Shown: positions 1-13,464, numbered from the stretch's first letter. The stretch is DNA of 32,698 nucleotides from Intoshia linei (GCA_001642005.1 LWCA01000316.1:1-32698), one strand, 5' to 3'. Numbers and translations: made by a program. Notes: generated by a model not told the origin, from the letters alone.

Positions 1-821
1 TTAAAGGCTGAAAATGGACTCCTCTATTATTCAAGACCCAACAAATTACTTCCAATCATAGCCATGTCAGACAGATTAAATATTATCACCCATTATATCA
101 TCGATCTAACTTTTATTGTCACGCCGGCGTAACTAAAATTTACAATCTTATTCGATATTTATATTTTTGGCCTTATATGTACAACAATCTCAAGGAAGAA
201 ATTGCAAAATGCGACGATTGTAATACGTCGAAAATTCGTAACCACAGTAAAAATAAGCCTATGAAACCAGTGGTAACTACACACTTCGGTGAATTGTGGC
301 AGGTCGATATATTGGGACCATTGCCAATTTCAATTAACGGATATCAATATATAATTAACATGGTGGATAATTATACGGGTTGGCCAGAATCCGTGCCACT
401 AACAGATATAACCGCTGAATCTGTGTCAAGAGCTATATATAAAAATATTATTGTAAAATTCGGTCCGCCAAAACAAATACAGACCGATCAGGGTAGACAA
501 TTCGAAGCGGTATTAACTAAAGTACTATGCAAACATCTTGGTGTGTCATTAACTCAAGGAAAAGCTTATAGGCACCAGGAAATCAGTACTGTGGAACGGC
601 TTAATAGAACCTTTCGCGAAAAACTAAGAACCAGATGTCAAGAAGATTTTGATAACTGGGATGAATATATAGATGATATTCTTACAAGTCAACGATTTTT
701 AATTAATGGACGTACATCAGCTACACCTTTCGATATGATATATAAATCCAATAACATTGACAATGAAGAAATATTCAAAAAAAGGTTGAATCCCACAATC
801 GTAATTACGTGGATCGAATGA
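1..821 (+). pseudogene. Ty3/Gypsy LTR-retrotransposon pol fragment (integrase: HHCC zinc finger + rve DDE core), frameshifted and 3'-truncated
   Basis: ORF 177-821 has WQVDILGP / IQTDQGRQF / VERLNRT (D-D-E triad) and CxxC. In the same frame upstream it reads HRSNFYCHAGVTKIYNLIRYLYFWPYM (HH half of HHCC). Frame 1 from base 1 (LKAENGLLYY...ITHY) joins it through an apparent 2-bp AT insertion at ~97-98. No LTR is recognisable. Confidence 0.9.
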
Positions 822-1209
822 ATGAGATGTCGAATCGAATGTCAATGAGTGAAATTCGTCCTTAATTTTAATATCCACATTCTGATCCACTTTACAGTAG
901 ATAATAATACCTTACCAGACAATTAGATTAAAATTATCGAAATTTCATTTAATTATTTTAACATTTTGCAGACTAAGTTTTTTACGTTGTACAAAGACTC
1001 TAAAAAAAGTTAAAAGGCATCAAAACTGACAGGTTATACATTTTATTATAATAATTCGGTCCCTTCAATTTTTTTACGTTGGCTTATACAAATTAACTTA
1101 CCCGCCATATTGTCTTGATAAAACTTAAATTTAACTATTAATAAATTTATATGCAACTTTTTCAACACAATACACCTAACTAATGGGTCAATTTAAAATT
1201 TAAATTACA

Positions 1210-4200
1210 TTATATATTTGAATAAAAATTACTTTGCACATTAATGATGTCCCTTTTAATAATCTTTTTTTTCTGTGAACGAGTATACCATTTGTTGATT
1301 AGACATGTTATACATATAAAAAGAAGAACTCCAAATACAACCAACATTCCAATAAAAAATGAAAACAAAAAATTATCAACCTTCACCATTTCTAAAATTC
1401 AAAAAATTACAGTATTTACTAATTAAAATGAATGCATTATATTAATTTATAGCATATATCAAACAATCAATTTCGACAATGGTTTTCAACTGGTACACGG
1501 ATCCTAAGGGTTCGAGTCACTTTTTTTGTGTATCATGTTGTTTTGAACTTTTCAAATTGTTTTAAACCCAGAGTTAATCCCAGACCAAAAATGAATCTAA
1601 TATTAATTTAAAAATTTATTTATCGGATTGTTTATTGCACTGTTTTATTTTATTTTTTTAAAAATTAGAGATAGACCAATCTAAACATTATTGGATATAA
1701 TCTTTTCCCTGTGTAATATTTTATATTGATTAATTAATGTTTATTTATTTAATACCTTTATTTGAAAATATAAATGGCACATTCACGTGATTAGAATCGT
1801 GATTGGTAAACGTTTTGATTCTAAACTGATAAGCGATACCATGAGAAGCAGTTTTCCATAAATATTGAGGTTTTTCAAAAGTATCATATATCAAATAATT
1901 CCAACCTGTAAGTGTTTTATATTCAATTTCATAACCGACAATGTCGTCAGATTTTGGTTTTGTCCAATTTATCATAATACCAGATTTAACCCAATGTGCC
2001 GACATATTTTTAATTTTGTACACATCATTAGATGTATCATTATGAGTACTATTGCTGTTATCATCTTTTTTTAAATTAATTATTTTAATTTGGCTTATTG
2101 TTTTAATTTTTTGGGTGTTGCTATAAAAAAACCCAGAGTGATTTATTCTACAAATGATTATTTCGTAGATGGTGTTTGATTTTAATTTATTTACAGAAAA
2201 ATCGGTTTTGTTGAAGTTCATACTATTCCATATTGTATTATTCTTTCGATAACTAAAAAACTTGTAATTTACAAAAATTTGCATAATGACAGCACGATGC
2301 ATGCCATCCTTATAATATTTATCTTTTTTGAATCATCAATTTTTAAGTTAAAATCAATGGGACGGTTGATTATTTTTTTTGTCATTAAATTAAAAAGTTT
2401 TGTGTCTCAGTTATTCAGATACTATGGATCTGGCCTTTGGCCAACGGCTATGTATGTATTTATAATTTTAAATATTTTTCTCAATACCTAAAATTTGTGT
2501 ATCTGTAACACGTTATTTCAGTGGCAACTCTTTAACTCAGGTTACTCGGGCTACGCCCGAGAGATTTTTATTTTTATCAATCAAGGATATTTTTAAGATT
2601 TATATTTTATTTTGGGTTACATTTTTTTATTTTATAAGTTAAAAAAATAACAATAAACCCTTAATAATAAGTTAACATTATTACTAATTTCTATACAACT
2701 TCAACAACAAATATGAGAAATTAAAATAAAATACACCAGAGTAACCACGATAGCCAGAGTCGCCACTGATCTGTATCATTATATGTAAACAATGATATTA
2801 CAATACAGTCACGTTGGGATTTAATAATTTTTCATTAATTTTGATTGATATTGAAAAGGTATGAGAAGTGGCTTTGAAGTTTAGTGAATCATCTTGATCT
2901 TTAAAATAATTAATATCAATGTATTATATACTTTCTACTATAAAGTAAAATATAGTTGACAGTGATTTTAATCCATTATAAAATTTGCATTGGTATATTC
3001 CTGAATCTTGCTTAGAAGGATATTTGATTGACAATACTTTATTTGTTACAATTTTATTATACGAACTTTTCAATTCATTCATTTTTTGAGGCGCATTAAA
3101 CTAAATTTCATACATAAAATTTTTTTTATCCATTAATGATTAAACAATTATAAATAAATTACACAAATGTCAACGGGTCTCATCCTCGTGTCCGCGATAA
3201 AATTTAAATTTTTATAAATAAATTTTCATTTTTACTATCAAATTTAATATAATGTTAACTATAAATTTTTCCGATTGCAAATTATTTAAAAATGTTCCAG
3301 AATATAGGTTTTTTATAATTTAATATGCAAGGATTCTTTTTATATAAAAAAAGAGGTTTATAGTAGTAAAGTAATTTAGATTTTATGAAATTTTTTTTTG
3401 TGAAAGCCTCAATTTTATATTTAAATTTTTTAAACACAATTTTAAAGATTTTGGTGATAATTTTTCCATCAAAATTTCAAATTCAAACATCAAGATTTTT
3501 TTCATCAATTTTTAAAGATTTTAAAGATCCCATAAAATATTAAAATTGGATGAAAAAATAAAATCCCTACCAAATTTTGATCCCAAAGTTATCTTTCAAA
3601 TCTTAGAAATGGATTATAAAATTTTGCCTTAAAATACCCACAAAAATTTGGTTAAAAAATCAATAATATGATTAACTAGCAAAATCTAAGATTATGTCGC
3701 TCTAAAAATACATTGCTCAACTGAATTTTTGCTTGAATAAGCAGAGCCGTTTTAAGGCATGGGAAACCTGAGCTGTAGCCCAGGGCCACTCATTAAACAA
3801 GGCCCCCAAATTAATAAAAGTACTTTACATATATATTAAAAAGAGGCCCCAATTTATTAAAAAATACTTCACATTTATATCTTAAGAAACAGTTATTTTA
3901 TAAGTTTTGAAGTGTGGGAATTCAAATTGCTAGAAAGAAAATAGTTTATAGTTTTTGTAAAAGAAATATAAGTTACTAGAAACCTACATAATATCTTTTA
4001 ATGCTTTTATGAATGCTCAATAAAATAAAACTCTAAATCTCTAACCAACGGTATGTCCTGTCTTCTAAAAAGGGGCCCTAAATTTTTTTTATCGCTTCGT
4101 TCGAAATAGTTTCATACTTCGCTCAAAACTTTAAAGGGCCTCCGGCCCTTTGCTTAGCCCAGAGCCACAAACTGGCTTAAGACGGCTCTGTGAATGAGAA

Positions 4201-7200
4201 AAGCTTTTCAAGTTTCATTTAAATAAAAAATAAACGATTTACCTTAAACCAACTGATAAACGCTTTGTTATGATTACTTTCGCCTTCACAAGGAATTGAA
4301 ATTGATTTTCCAAGATGAGTCTTGTATAATATATTGGGCTTTATTAAAAATTTAGGAGCTTCTAATTTGAATAAATTTGTAATATTAAAATAATTTACAT
4401 TAAGGCAGTGATATTAAAGTCGCTAAACTTTTTTCAATCCTACCTCCGTTGGATTAAAACAATTTGGGTGTCACCCTACCAAAAAAAATTTTTAGTTCAT
4501 TATTATATTATTTCAAATATCTGAATATTTGTTTTAAAAAAAATTCAAAACATCTCGTTATATGACCATTTTTCAACACTCTGGGCCGTGGAGAGCCAAC
4601 AGTAGGCCCGGGTCAAATGGAAATTGTAGGCCCAATAATTTTTTTTTTAAAAGTTGGACCTCTATAAATTTCTTAATCCATCGTTCATTATCTAAAATTA
4701 AAATAACTAATTGGATTGTTAATTGGACATTTTATTATATGATAATTTTGGTATACTTAAGAAATTTTCCAACATTACCAATTAATAAATTACAAAAGTA
4801 GGTCCTCATGATTGTAGGGCCGTCATATAGACCCTTATTCCCCTCTCAAGGTCCTGCCAATATTGCACTAATGTACAAAAAGTTTACATTTTTTTTATAT
4901 TTAAAATTTTTATGGAGTCTTCCAATTTTTTCAAATAATGCGACTAGTCACGAATTTTAGTTTGACATGACTCAAGTATATACTATGTATTAGTTAAATT
5001 AGTATACAAAGAGAATGTTACGTTTAAATACAAAAGACATTTATGCACGATATTTTCATTAATTCACTATTACATTAGTTGAATGATCGAAATTGTTATA
5101 AAAATACTTTAAATAAGATAAAATGTATAAAATTTATAAGGAATGGAGTATACAAATTGAACTTGTTGACATCTTAATAAATCAAAAAAGACATTTATGC
5201 ACAGTTTTTTCCTTAATTCACTATTACATTAGTTGAATGATCGAAATTGTTATAAAAATACTTGAAATTAGATAAAATGTATAAGGAATGGAGTATACAA
5301 AAAGAACTTGTTGACATCTTAATAAATCAAAAAAGACATTTATGCACAGTTTTTTCATTAATTCACTATTACATTAGTTGAATGATCGAAATTGTTATAA
5401 AAATACTTGAAATTAGATAAAATGTATAAAATTTATAAGGGATGGAGTGGTGAGAACATTTCGTGAGAAAAATTTTAAAGAAACGTATTGTAATTTGTAA
5501 TGTACATTGTACATGTATCACTCGTCCAAACAAATTTTAGCCAGGGCGAAAATTTTAATTTAGAAATTCGGCGACAGCATGTGTAAATAGTTTTCTATAA
5601 ATATCTACATATAATGTATATGCCTAGGGGTCAGTGAGATTTAAATAAAATATATAAAAAAGTTTATAAATTTTTCTTTATTTTTATAGGAGAATTTTTA
5701 AAATTTACTAAAGAGTAACTTTGTCAGCGTTGACAAATGTTACTAATTTATCCCAAAGCGTGAACGACCGCTACATTATTATTTAAAAAATCCCACTTTT
5801 ATAGCAACCCTTAATAAAATTTAAAATTTAAATTTAAATTAGAAAATTAAAATTTAATTTAATTTAAAATTTAAAATTTAAAATTACAATTTCAAACCCC
5901 AAATAAAAATACCAAATTTACCAACCCTTATGGGAAAATCCACTTTTTCCAATATTTTTTTGAAAAACACGATTTTATCAAATCTTATAAGAAAAAACCT
6001 CTTATTCCAACCTCAAAATAAAAATAATATTTTATCAAATCTTATTAGAAACAATTCCTAATCCAAAACCCCAAATAAAAAATCCACTTTTTCCATTATT
6101 TTTTTGAAAAACACGATTCTACCAAATCTTTAGAAGAGTTAGAGAAAAAAATTTAATTTTAAAATGGGATAACTTATTTGAATCGAGAATCACTGGTCTA
6201 AACTAATTTAGGTTCTGATCAAAAAGATTGAAATTTCAGATAATAAAACTTTTAATTACATTATTTTATGTATTCACCTTGAATAAAATGTATTAGATTT
6301 TAAAAAAACTTTAGAATTCCCTACTTTTTTTCAAAATAATGAGCAATTTAGGTTTTGACTATGAAGATGCAATTTTTTTTAAATTAAAAAATTCATTGAA
6401 TTTTAATAAAACATAAATTGCTATTTATTTTTGAAAATCGTAAGCTTTATCTTTATCTTTATTTAATCATATCTTATAAACATGTCAATTTTATCTAAAA
6501 AGCCCTCAACTACTTTGTAACGCGCTGTGGGGAGCCCGTCAAAAAATTAGAATATGTAAAAAACTTTTTTGCTGTAGCTCTCCAAATTTCTAAATTCATT
6601 TTTGGGTACATTCCCTTGTTTTGGATCAGCAGATACTATCTAATAAATCAGAATTTAAATATACCTACTGCAACAACCATAATAATATCGGATGTTTTAC
6701 CAGGTCCAACAGATGAATAAGCTGTACAAGTGTATCTACCTGAATCAGCCATTTGAAAATTTTTAAAAGAAAGAATGGATAATTGAGAAAAGGTGTTGTT
6801 ATCAAAATGTTTATATTCAACATTCGATTTAATTTTTAAACTTTTTTCGTTTTTAGTCCAAATTATATGTGTGGCAGGTGGGTTGGCTTCAAAAATGCAA
6901 TTTAAATCATAATCTGATCCGATAGTTATATATACTTCTTTTTTAAGTAAATTAATTTTGGGTACAACTAAAATAACCAAATCACAAATATTGATTTATA
7001 TCATGCCATCAGATCTACATCGTCGTATACTTTGACCTCTTCTGTATACCAGCCGCTCTCAATTGTTTTAACATACATACAAAGTGTCGTCGCATAACTT
7101 AGATTTTCACCTTTCAAATTTACTCACTGAGTGAAGTAAAAGCTAGGCTAAAGCAAACCATTTTGGAAGATCTCATTATTTTAAATTTTATTATAAATTT

Positions 7201-8063
7201 AATTTCGTAAAAAACCATCACAAACCCTTATAGACCAAAAACCCGATTAAGAACAACTGGTCTAAAGTCTTTAAAATAATTATGAAAAAATTACACGTAA
7301 CGTTTAAAAAGGCACTAGCATTAACAGTAACAAACTGATTTGAAATTTTGCAAATATAGGTTCCCGTATCTCTCGGTAATATATAACTAATAGACAGAGA
7401 ATTTTTGACAATTTTGATCCTATACAAAAGACCATTGATTGTATCAAGTTTTTTTGGCGTTTTTTCCAATTTATACCAGTTAACTTTTAAATTATCTTTA
7501 AAATTAGTTTTACATTCAAAATTGGCCCGACTGCCTTGTCGTCGTGTGATGTTTTTAGGTTTTTGTATAATTTGTAGATTGTCTAAAATTTTTAGATATT
7601 ATAACTAAAGTATTATAGTTTTTAATAAATGACTACAAAAATGGATAAAAATAAAGAAATTACCACCAATTTGGAGGTTGATCCATTGGCTAGAAATAAT
7701 GATTCGGTTTAATTGTGATTTTGTAGAAACTTTGGTAATTTGACATTTATACCGACCAGAATGATGATATTTCACATTCAAAATTTTCAAAGAATTATTT
7801 GTATAAAAAACAACGTTATTTTGATACAGTTCATTGATATGAGGTTTAAAATTTTTAAATTTCATGTAAATAGGTAGCTTATTTGTATTTTTGAGCCACT
7901 GAACCAAATTAAAGTCTGTTAAATTTGCTGTATTTAGATTACAAGGTAAAATGATTGATTCATCCAATACTGCCATTAAATTAACACCATCAACTGCCTC
8001 TTTACAATATACGCCATCAAATATTAAAACGACGGAAAATATTTGACAAAATACCGACAGCAT
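1210..8063 (-). CDS. Ig-superfamily type I membrane protein, signal peptide + 4 Ig + 2 FN3 + TM + short tail (Borderless/Turtle-IgSF9-like)
   Basis: Phase-consistent GT-AG exons: 8063-7664, 7582-7295, 6967-6665, 4361-4243, 3100-2932, 2898-2802, 2252-1756, 1391-1210. N-terminal hydrophobic MLSVFCQIFSVVLIF; four C...W...DxGxYxC Ig motifs (SGRYKC, DTGTYIC, DSGRYTC, DSGIYQC); two FN3 repeats (VFYRK..W..KLKSNTIYEI; INWTKP..GYEIEY..YQFRI); TM FLFSFFIGMLVVFGVLLFICITCLI followed by a basic tail. Confidence 0.85.
2519..2768. mobile_element. MITE with CAGTGG terminal inverted repeats (hAT-like), intronic
   Basis: TIR cagtggcaactct (2519) / agagtcgccactg (2768) match 12/13. There is an inner inverted pair ggttactc/gagtaacc. 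No clean 8-bp TSD. Confidence 0.6.
3742..4190. mobile_element. hAT-type non-autonomous element (MITE) with 8-bp TSD
   Basis: TIR cagagccgttttaag / cttaagacggctctg (14/15). Flanks tgaataag (3734-3741) and tgaatgag (4191-4198) match 7/8. Repeated subterminal ggcccc/gggcc motifs. Confidence 0.85.
4581..4856. mobile_element. Degenerate hAT-type MITE
   Basis: Ends ctgggccgtggagag / ctctcaaggtcctg form an imperfect TIR. Repeated gtaggccc subterminal motifs. Flanks tcaacact / ccaatatt match 5/8, with all mismatches transitions. Confidence 0.5.
5032..5448. repeat. Tandem repeat, ~145-154 bp unit, ~2.7 copies
   Basis: The unit gacatttatgcac...cactattacattagttgaatgatcgaaattgttataaaaatac...ggaatggagta recurs at ~5036, 5190 and 5335. 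Copies are near-identical, with a 9-bp indel. Confidence 0.9.
5780..6140. repeat. Degenerate short-period AT-rich tandem repeat
   Basis: Recurring aaaccccaaataaaaa, aatccactttttcc and gaaaaacacgattttatcaaatctt motifs (~5893-5990 vs ~6066-6130), plus (tttaaaa)n low complexity. Confidence 0.55.
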
Positions 8064-9018
8064 TAATTCGGAATCGTTACAGATGTGCAACTTGTATTTA
8101 CTTGATAAAAAGTCCAAAATCGATTTTTCATTGAGAATGATTTAAATATACGTTATCTTAATTCTAAAGTAAAATTGAGACATTGAATTATTTACAATTA
8201 TATTTGACAACATAGAAAATTAAAAGCCAAGTACCAAACGTTATCACAATATAAAGAGTAATGAGCAGGTCATGCAGTCACTAATTAATTAACTACTTGT
8301 AACAATATTCATAAATATTGATTAAAATTGTTTAAATTACAAAATACCTTCAGTTTATGAAATTAAATTTTTTCATATGTATCTTGAATAACTAAATTTA
8401 TGCAATGTAATTGATATCAAAATTATCTTTATAGTATGAGTAAAATATTTAAATTCCACGCCCGAATAATCTTGTCAGACCGGCATCTCATTCCACAAAC
8501 ATTACATGCATTCTAGTCACGCATTAATGACCGTGCATAAATAGTTTCTTTCATTTTTAGGTTTTAAAAGTTTTGGTTTCGTTGGTCAACTTAAAATAGT
8601 TTTAATTTTATTTACATAATTTACTTGTTTATTTTGTATCTCGTCTATCATAGGTTCGTTTGCTCAATTTAACAAATTTACATTATCGATAAATATTTAG
8701 TCTTATTACTGTTATAACATAATTAAGATTGTTACAAATTCACCTTTTACTGCGAATGTCTAAGTATAATAATTTTACGTTTTTGGCTTTTAGATTTAAA
8801 CTAAAAGCAATCAAAACGATCGACATTTTGTAATCAAATACTTTATATAATAAAGGTACATGTACTTGTAATACTTTTATGAAACCCTTGCTAATTATCA
8901 AAATTTATTCAATAAACTCAATTTATCGACTTATATTTCAACACAATTAAAGAAATATTAAGATTCAAAATAACTAAAACAATAAACGTTTATTTACATA
9001 TTTACATACTTTAGCTGT

Positions 9019-12000
9019 TTAGTAGCCGAATCTATATCGAATGTCCTCTAATTTCTTTACCACCTAATACAAAATTAACATAATTAAATACATTATCAAT
9101 AAATTACTTCGTTCGGCGTACGTTCCAACTCTTCAGATATCGTTTTTTGTTTAGAAAAATCTATCGATGTGAATGTCTCACATAAATCACCATCAATTAT
9201 ATTCTAAAGAAAAAATTTTATCAAATAAAAATACAATAAGTAATGTTCTTTACATAAAAAAAGATTTTTCGATATTAAAAATTTTAATTAGTTTTCATAA
9301 AAGATCAAATCAGATTTAAGTTTATTACAAAAATTTTATTTTATTTATACTATAAACAATACATAAACGTTAATTAAAATTACCCTCACGGGGAAATAGT
9401 ACGATCGATATGACAAATGATTATGTCCCAAGATTGGTTTATTCTCCTGTCGAAGATAAAGTTCCAAATGGTGGAAAAATTCAAAATCCTAAAATCAATA
9501 TAATTAAAAGTTTAATACTAAATACTTCTTTTGATGAAAACGGTATTAATAAACCAATTGCACCAGATAGTGTAAAGTACACTATTGATTCAGCACCGCC
9601 GGGAAATAGAGATGTTCTTTGCAAACTTGTCACTGTTTGACCCACATGGAATACAGAAATTATTTCAGCCTAAATAATCACAATTTAATTAAATATACAT
9701 GTGACATATACATTAATATAAAAATAATAATATTATTATTCAATCCTTATCATTAAATATAGATTATAAAGTTTAATATTTGCGAGTATTAATGGTAACT
9801 TAAAAAAAAGTAAAAATTCAATGTCGGTGAAACCAGTCCCTTGATTAATACTTTAAAATGTTTCATCGATGAGTAATGCATGTTTTGTAAAAAAATGAAG
9901 TATATCTGTATATTTTGATTTATTTCCGTAAATTTCCTGTTACCGTATTTTCTTGGTAAGTCAGAAAAATTAGCAAATTTTTGTTTTATGGCGATAGAGG
10001 TTGGCGGACCTAGATTAAATAATACACCGACATTTACTGATCGTATCTGAAAATTATAATGTATCGTTATAAAAAATAACGGCTACAAAATTAGCTTGAA
10101 ATTATGAAAAGTTTTATGAAATATATATTATGGTTTCAAGAATCGCGTAAATAAATACCTTTTGAGAAGCTCCAGTACTATAAGATCGATCCCAAAACGA
10201 TCTACTATTAGCAGAGATGTCTTCTTCACTGACAGTATCGGGCAATCTGACCTAAATGAATTTTTAATTTAAAAAAATTAAAATAAAAAAAATTACAATA
10301 GCAATATTTCCAAACTTATCCGCAACACAAACAGTAGAATGATCAAGAATCGAAAAATTTGTAACCCAGAGAGGAGAACACATGTCAGCAAATAAAATAA
10401 ATTGATTAGACGAAGCTTCATACCTCATATAAGACAAACCATTTTGAATATCGGCAATAATAATCCGATTACCAATAGTGCGTACGGCAGTAATAAAATT
10501 TTTCATCAATCTATTTTCACACTTTCGAAGCAATTGTTTTTTGCCTAGATCGTATAATCGCAAATACCGCCCAACACTAATCAAAGCTAATCCATGATAT
10601 GACGTAATTGTGGCTGGCAATTCATCAACAATAGTACGATGCATCATTTCAAGTGATGTACAATTATTTACCATTTTAAAAGCTACAATACCACCACCAG
10701 AATGGATTCTAGGGTTCAAATGCAAATTATAAATGACTCCTACCAATAAAACTGGTTCATCCGGTTTATTTGAGAATCGGACTAATCCCATACTGTGAGC
10801 CGCTTCATTTTGGTCAAAATCAAATTTAAAAATAATTTTACTTGAATCAGGTTTAGGGTTATATATTAATATTTGAGATGACCAATAACCATTTCCCGGT
10901 CTCGGCCGTCCAAACTGTTCGGTTGGAAGAGATTCGTTAATTAAATTTTTTGCCATGTGTTCAGCTAGTTGTTGTTCTGATTCATCAGCTTCTTTTAAAA
11001 TTTCACTGGCTAATTCACCTTTTTTGGTTTTTTCAGTAATTTTTGTAAAGCAGTTGTGATCGGTACTAATAATTATAAGATTTCCAGATTCTTGATGATG
11101 CAATAATTTTCTCGGTGTGTATTCCATATTTACAGATGAATTGTGAAAAATGTTGCCAAGTTTTTCCATAGCTATAATCCGTAATGTATCTCCTGCGACA
11201 GCAACTATTCCTTCAGGGCATTGCTCACTTGAAAAGCCACTAGCATATTCCAACACGGAATAAGAAAGAGGGGTTAAATTGAACCGATTTTGATAAACAT
11301 AACCAAACCAAGATTTGCTCGATATCGCCAAAACTACATCGGACGTTTTCATTTTGATTCTGAATAGTTTTATGGGAAGAGTTCCTAAATACTTAGTACG
11401 GGTATCAGATAAATCTCCAGATATACTGTCTATAGATGTTCTCAAAAGTACTCCATTTTGTAGTCCAATATTGAGAAACAAACCGCTAATTGACCATTGT
11501 GTAGCATCGTCATCTGTCACCTCTGTAAAAGCCATTTCAACAATTAAAACAGTTTCAGGAAAAGTAGGTAAAGCTTGCATGCTAAGTGGGGTCAAGCAAT
11601 CATTCAAATCCAGTGATATAATACGAACAGTTTTGTCAGCTAAACCAACCGCCAAAAACTTGAATCTAGTCTCATTTCTGGGGACACCCACACTCATACA
11701 AATAACATTGGCACCCAACTCACGTCGTTCATTAAATTCGTTTAGTTGTCCGGATTGATCCAATTCAAAGTAGACTAATGTGCCTCCAGTCAAGGAAATG
11801 ATCAGTTGAGTTTGATTTAAACTGCAATTAGTAATGGAAGTCTTACCTGGAGCTTTCCATTCATTGACGCGCTTATCGGACCTAACGTGCCTAATACCTT
11901 TTGGATAAACCTGGACAATTGAATCTTCTCCAATTTGACCAACGGCCAACGTGGGTGTAGTTCCCAAAAATCCGGAATCAGTAACTTCCTCAACAGTTTC

Positions 12001-13464
12001 ACCAATCGACAGAATCAAGGTAGCATTTGAAAAAGAAACTACAATATATGAATCATATTCGTCTTCCTTATTTCTTTTTACAGTCCAAACAGAATTTGGG
12101 TTACCAGGAAGATCAGACACCGCCATTTCAGTAACTTCTAAACCATGTCGCAAAACCGACAATTTAGACCGAGACGACCTTCCACTCAAGCAGTAAAATT
12201 GGGAAGTGTCCTCCATGGCCAAATCCCCCGTAAAAGACGAAATGACAGGTGCAATATTTTCAACTTCATCAACCAAAACTAAATTTTTCAATTCCCTAGC
12301 TTCATAAAAAAACGTATCTCCTTGAGCCAAATTAGCACTACTACTAAACTCAATTTCATCATTATCGTCTCCCAATTTTGTAATTTGATAAAAATGATGA
12401 TTTCCAAACTCTGAAGCAATAAACAAAAATCCAGTTTTCAATAAAATCATTTTCTGTGCAATTGGAACAGTATCAAAATATTTAATTTTCATTTCGACCA
12501 CAATTTCTTCTTCAAAAATTAATTTTATTTTAAAAACGTCGCCTTGCTCAGTTTGCACTAAGAAGAAAAAGAAGGATTTCGTTTTATGGAGACATGCAGA
12601 TACAACAATTGAACTTCTATCAGTGTCAGTCAAGTCATTTCGTCTTCTAGGTATCGGACATCTAATGTCATTTTGATCTCCAAAATTTTTATAAGTAATG
12701 TAGTTTTCAGAACAAACAATAATACCACTCGGCCCAATATTACCGCCGGGCACAGAAATTAATAAATTTGCCATTTCTTCTAAGTCTTCGGTAAATTTTC
12801 TGACAACGTGATTTAATCCAAGATCCAATTCGTAGTATGTAATTTGCATTCCCGTGTTCTTGGCTGTTTCGCCAGTGGCATCAGCATCAGCATCCTCATA
12901 ATCAATTTCGAGGCAAGCAAACATGGGATTTTCAAAACCCACGTCCATGCCAATACAATCCATTAATACTGTATACGGTCTATTTGCTTCTAACGGTGAT
13001 GAAATAGTCAAGTTGGCATCAGAGTCTCGGTTAAAAACGTAAACTAATTTTTGTTTTTCAATTGCGCCAATCATGACCGCTCTGCCTCTGGGGTCTGCCG
13101 CAAGGTACTGACCTGCAACAATACGTCTACATCCGCTTTTCCCCAAAGTTTCTAAGTGTATCTGATCAAAACAACCCTTTTTCTGGTTATATTGCAATAC
13201 TGCAATTCTACCCGCATCTGTTCCAGCAATTACATAATCTTTTGTACCTGCTGTCAATCTAAATGATGTCAAAGATCTAATTACACCAAATACATCCGTA
13301 CTAAATAATTTGTAAATTTTTCCCAATGTTGGATCCGGTCTCAGCAGTTCTAATACGTTTCCGTGTGAGACAACAATTTCTTGCTGTTTTTTTCCTGAAA
13401 AATTCCCATGGCAGGCACAGTTTATACTAGTAGCTTTTTGTATTGTTAAATTGTATAATTTCAT
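9019..13464 (-). CDS. SF3B3: Splicing factor 3B subunit 3 (SAP130/Rse1)
   Basis: N-terminus MKLYNLTIQKATSINCACHGNFSGKKQQEIV; ETLGKSGCRRIVAGQY, YELDLGLNHVVRK, YDLGKKQLLRKCE; C-terminus NIIDGDLCE...RTPNEVVKKLEDIRYRFGY*. Exons 13464-10297, 10251-10159, 9669-9526, 9488-9384, 9203-9108, 9063-9019, all with phase-0 GT-AG introns. Confidence 0.98.

Noticed and set aside
2253-2490. Apparent broken third FN3 exon with stops and frameshifts, suggesting a pseudogene or recoding
   Set aside because: Splicing 2802 directly to 2252 (GTA TT|T TAT CGA) gives a complete in-phase FN3, so this stretch is intron.
6490-6640. Minus-strand peptide FLTGSPQRV, resembling a LINE RT motif or an alternative exon
   Set aside because: Too short and bounded by stops; exon 6665 splices in phase to 4361 without it.
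8455-8545. GC-richer patch encoding CNVCGMRCRS on the minus strand (zinc-knuckle-like)
   Set aside because: Only a CxxC in ~28 codons, with no start or supporting exons; chance or an unidentifiable TE crumb.
11315-12196. Plus-strand ORFs of 147 aa and 81 aa, and a 62-aa alternate-frame minus ORF
   Set aside because: These are antisense or out-of-frame shadows of the SF3B3 coding exon, with no recognisable motifs.
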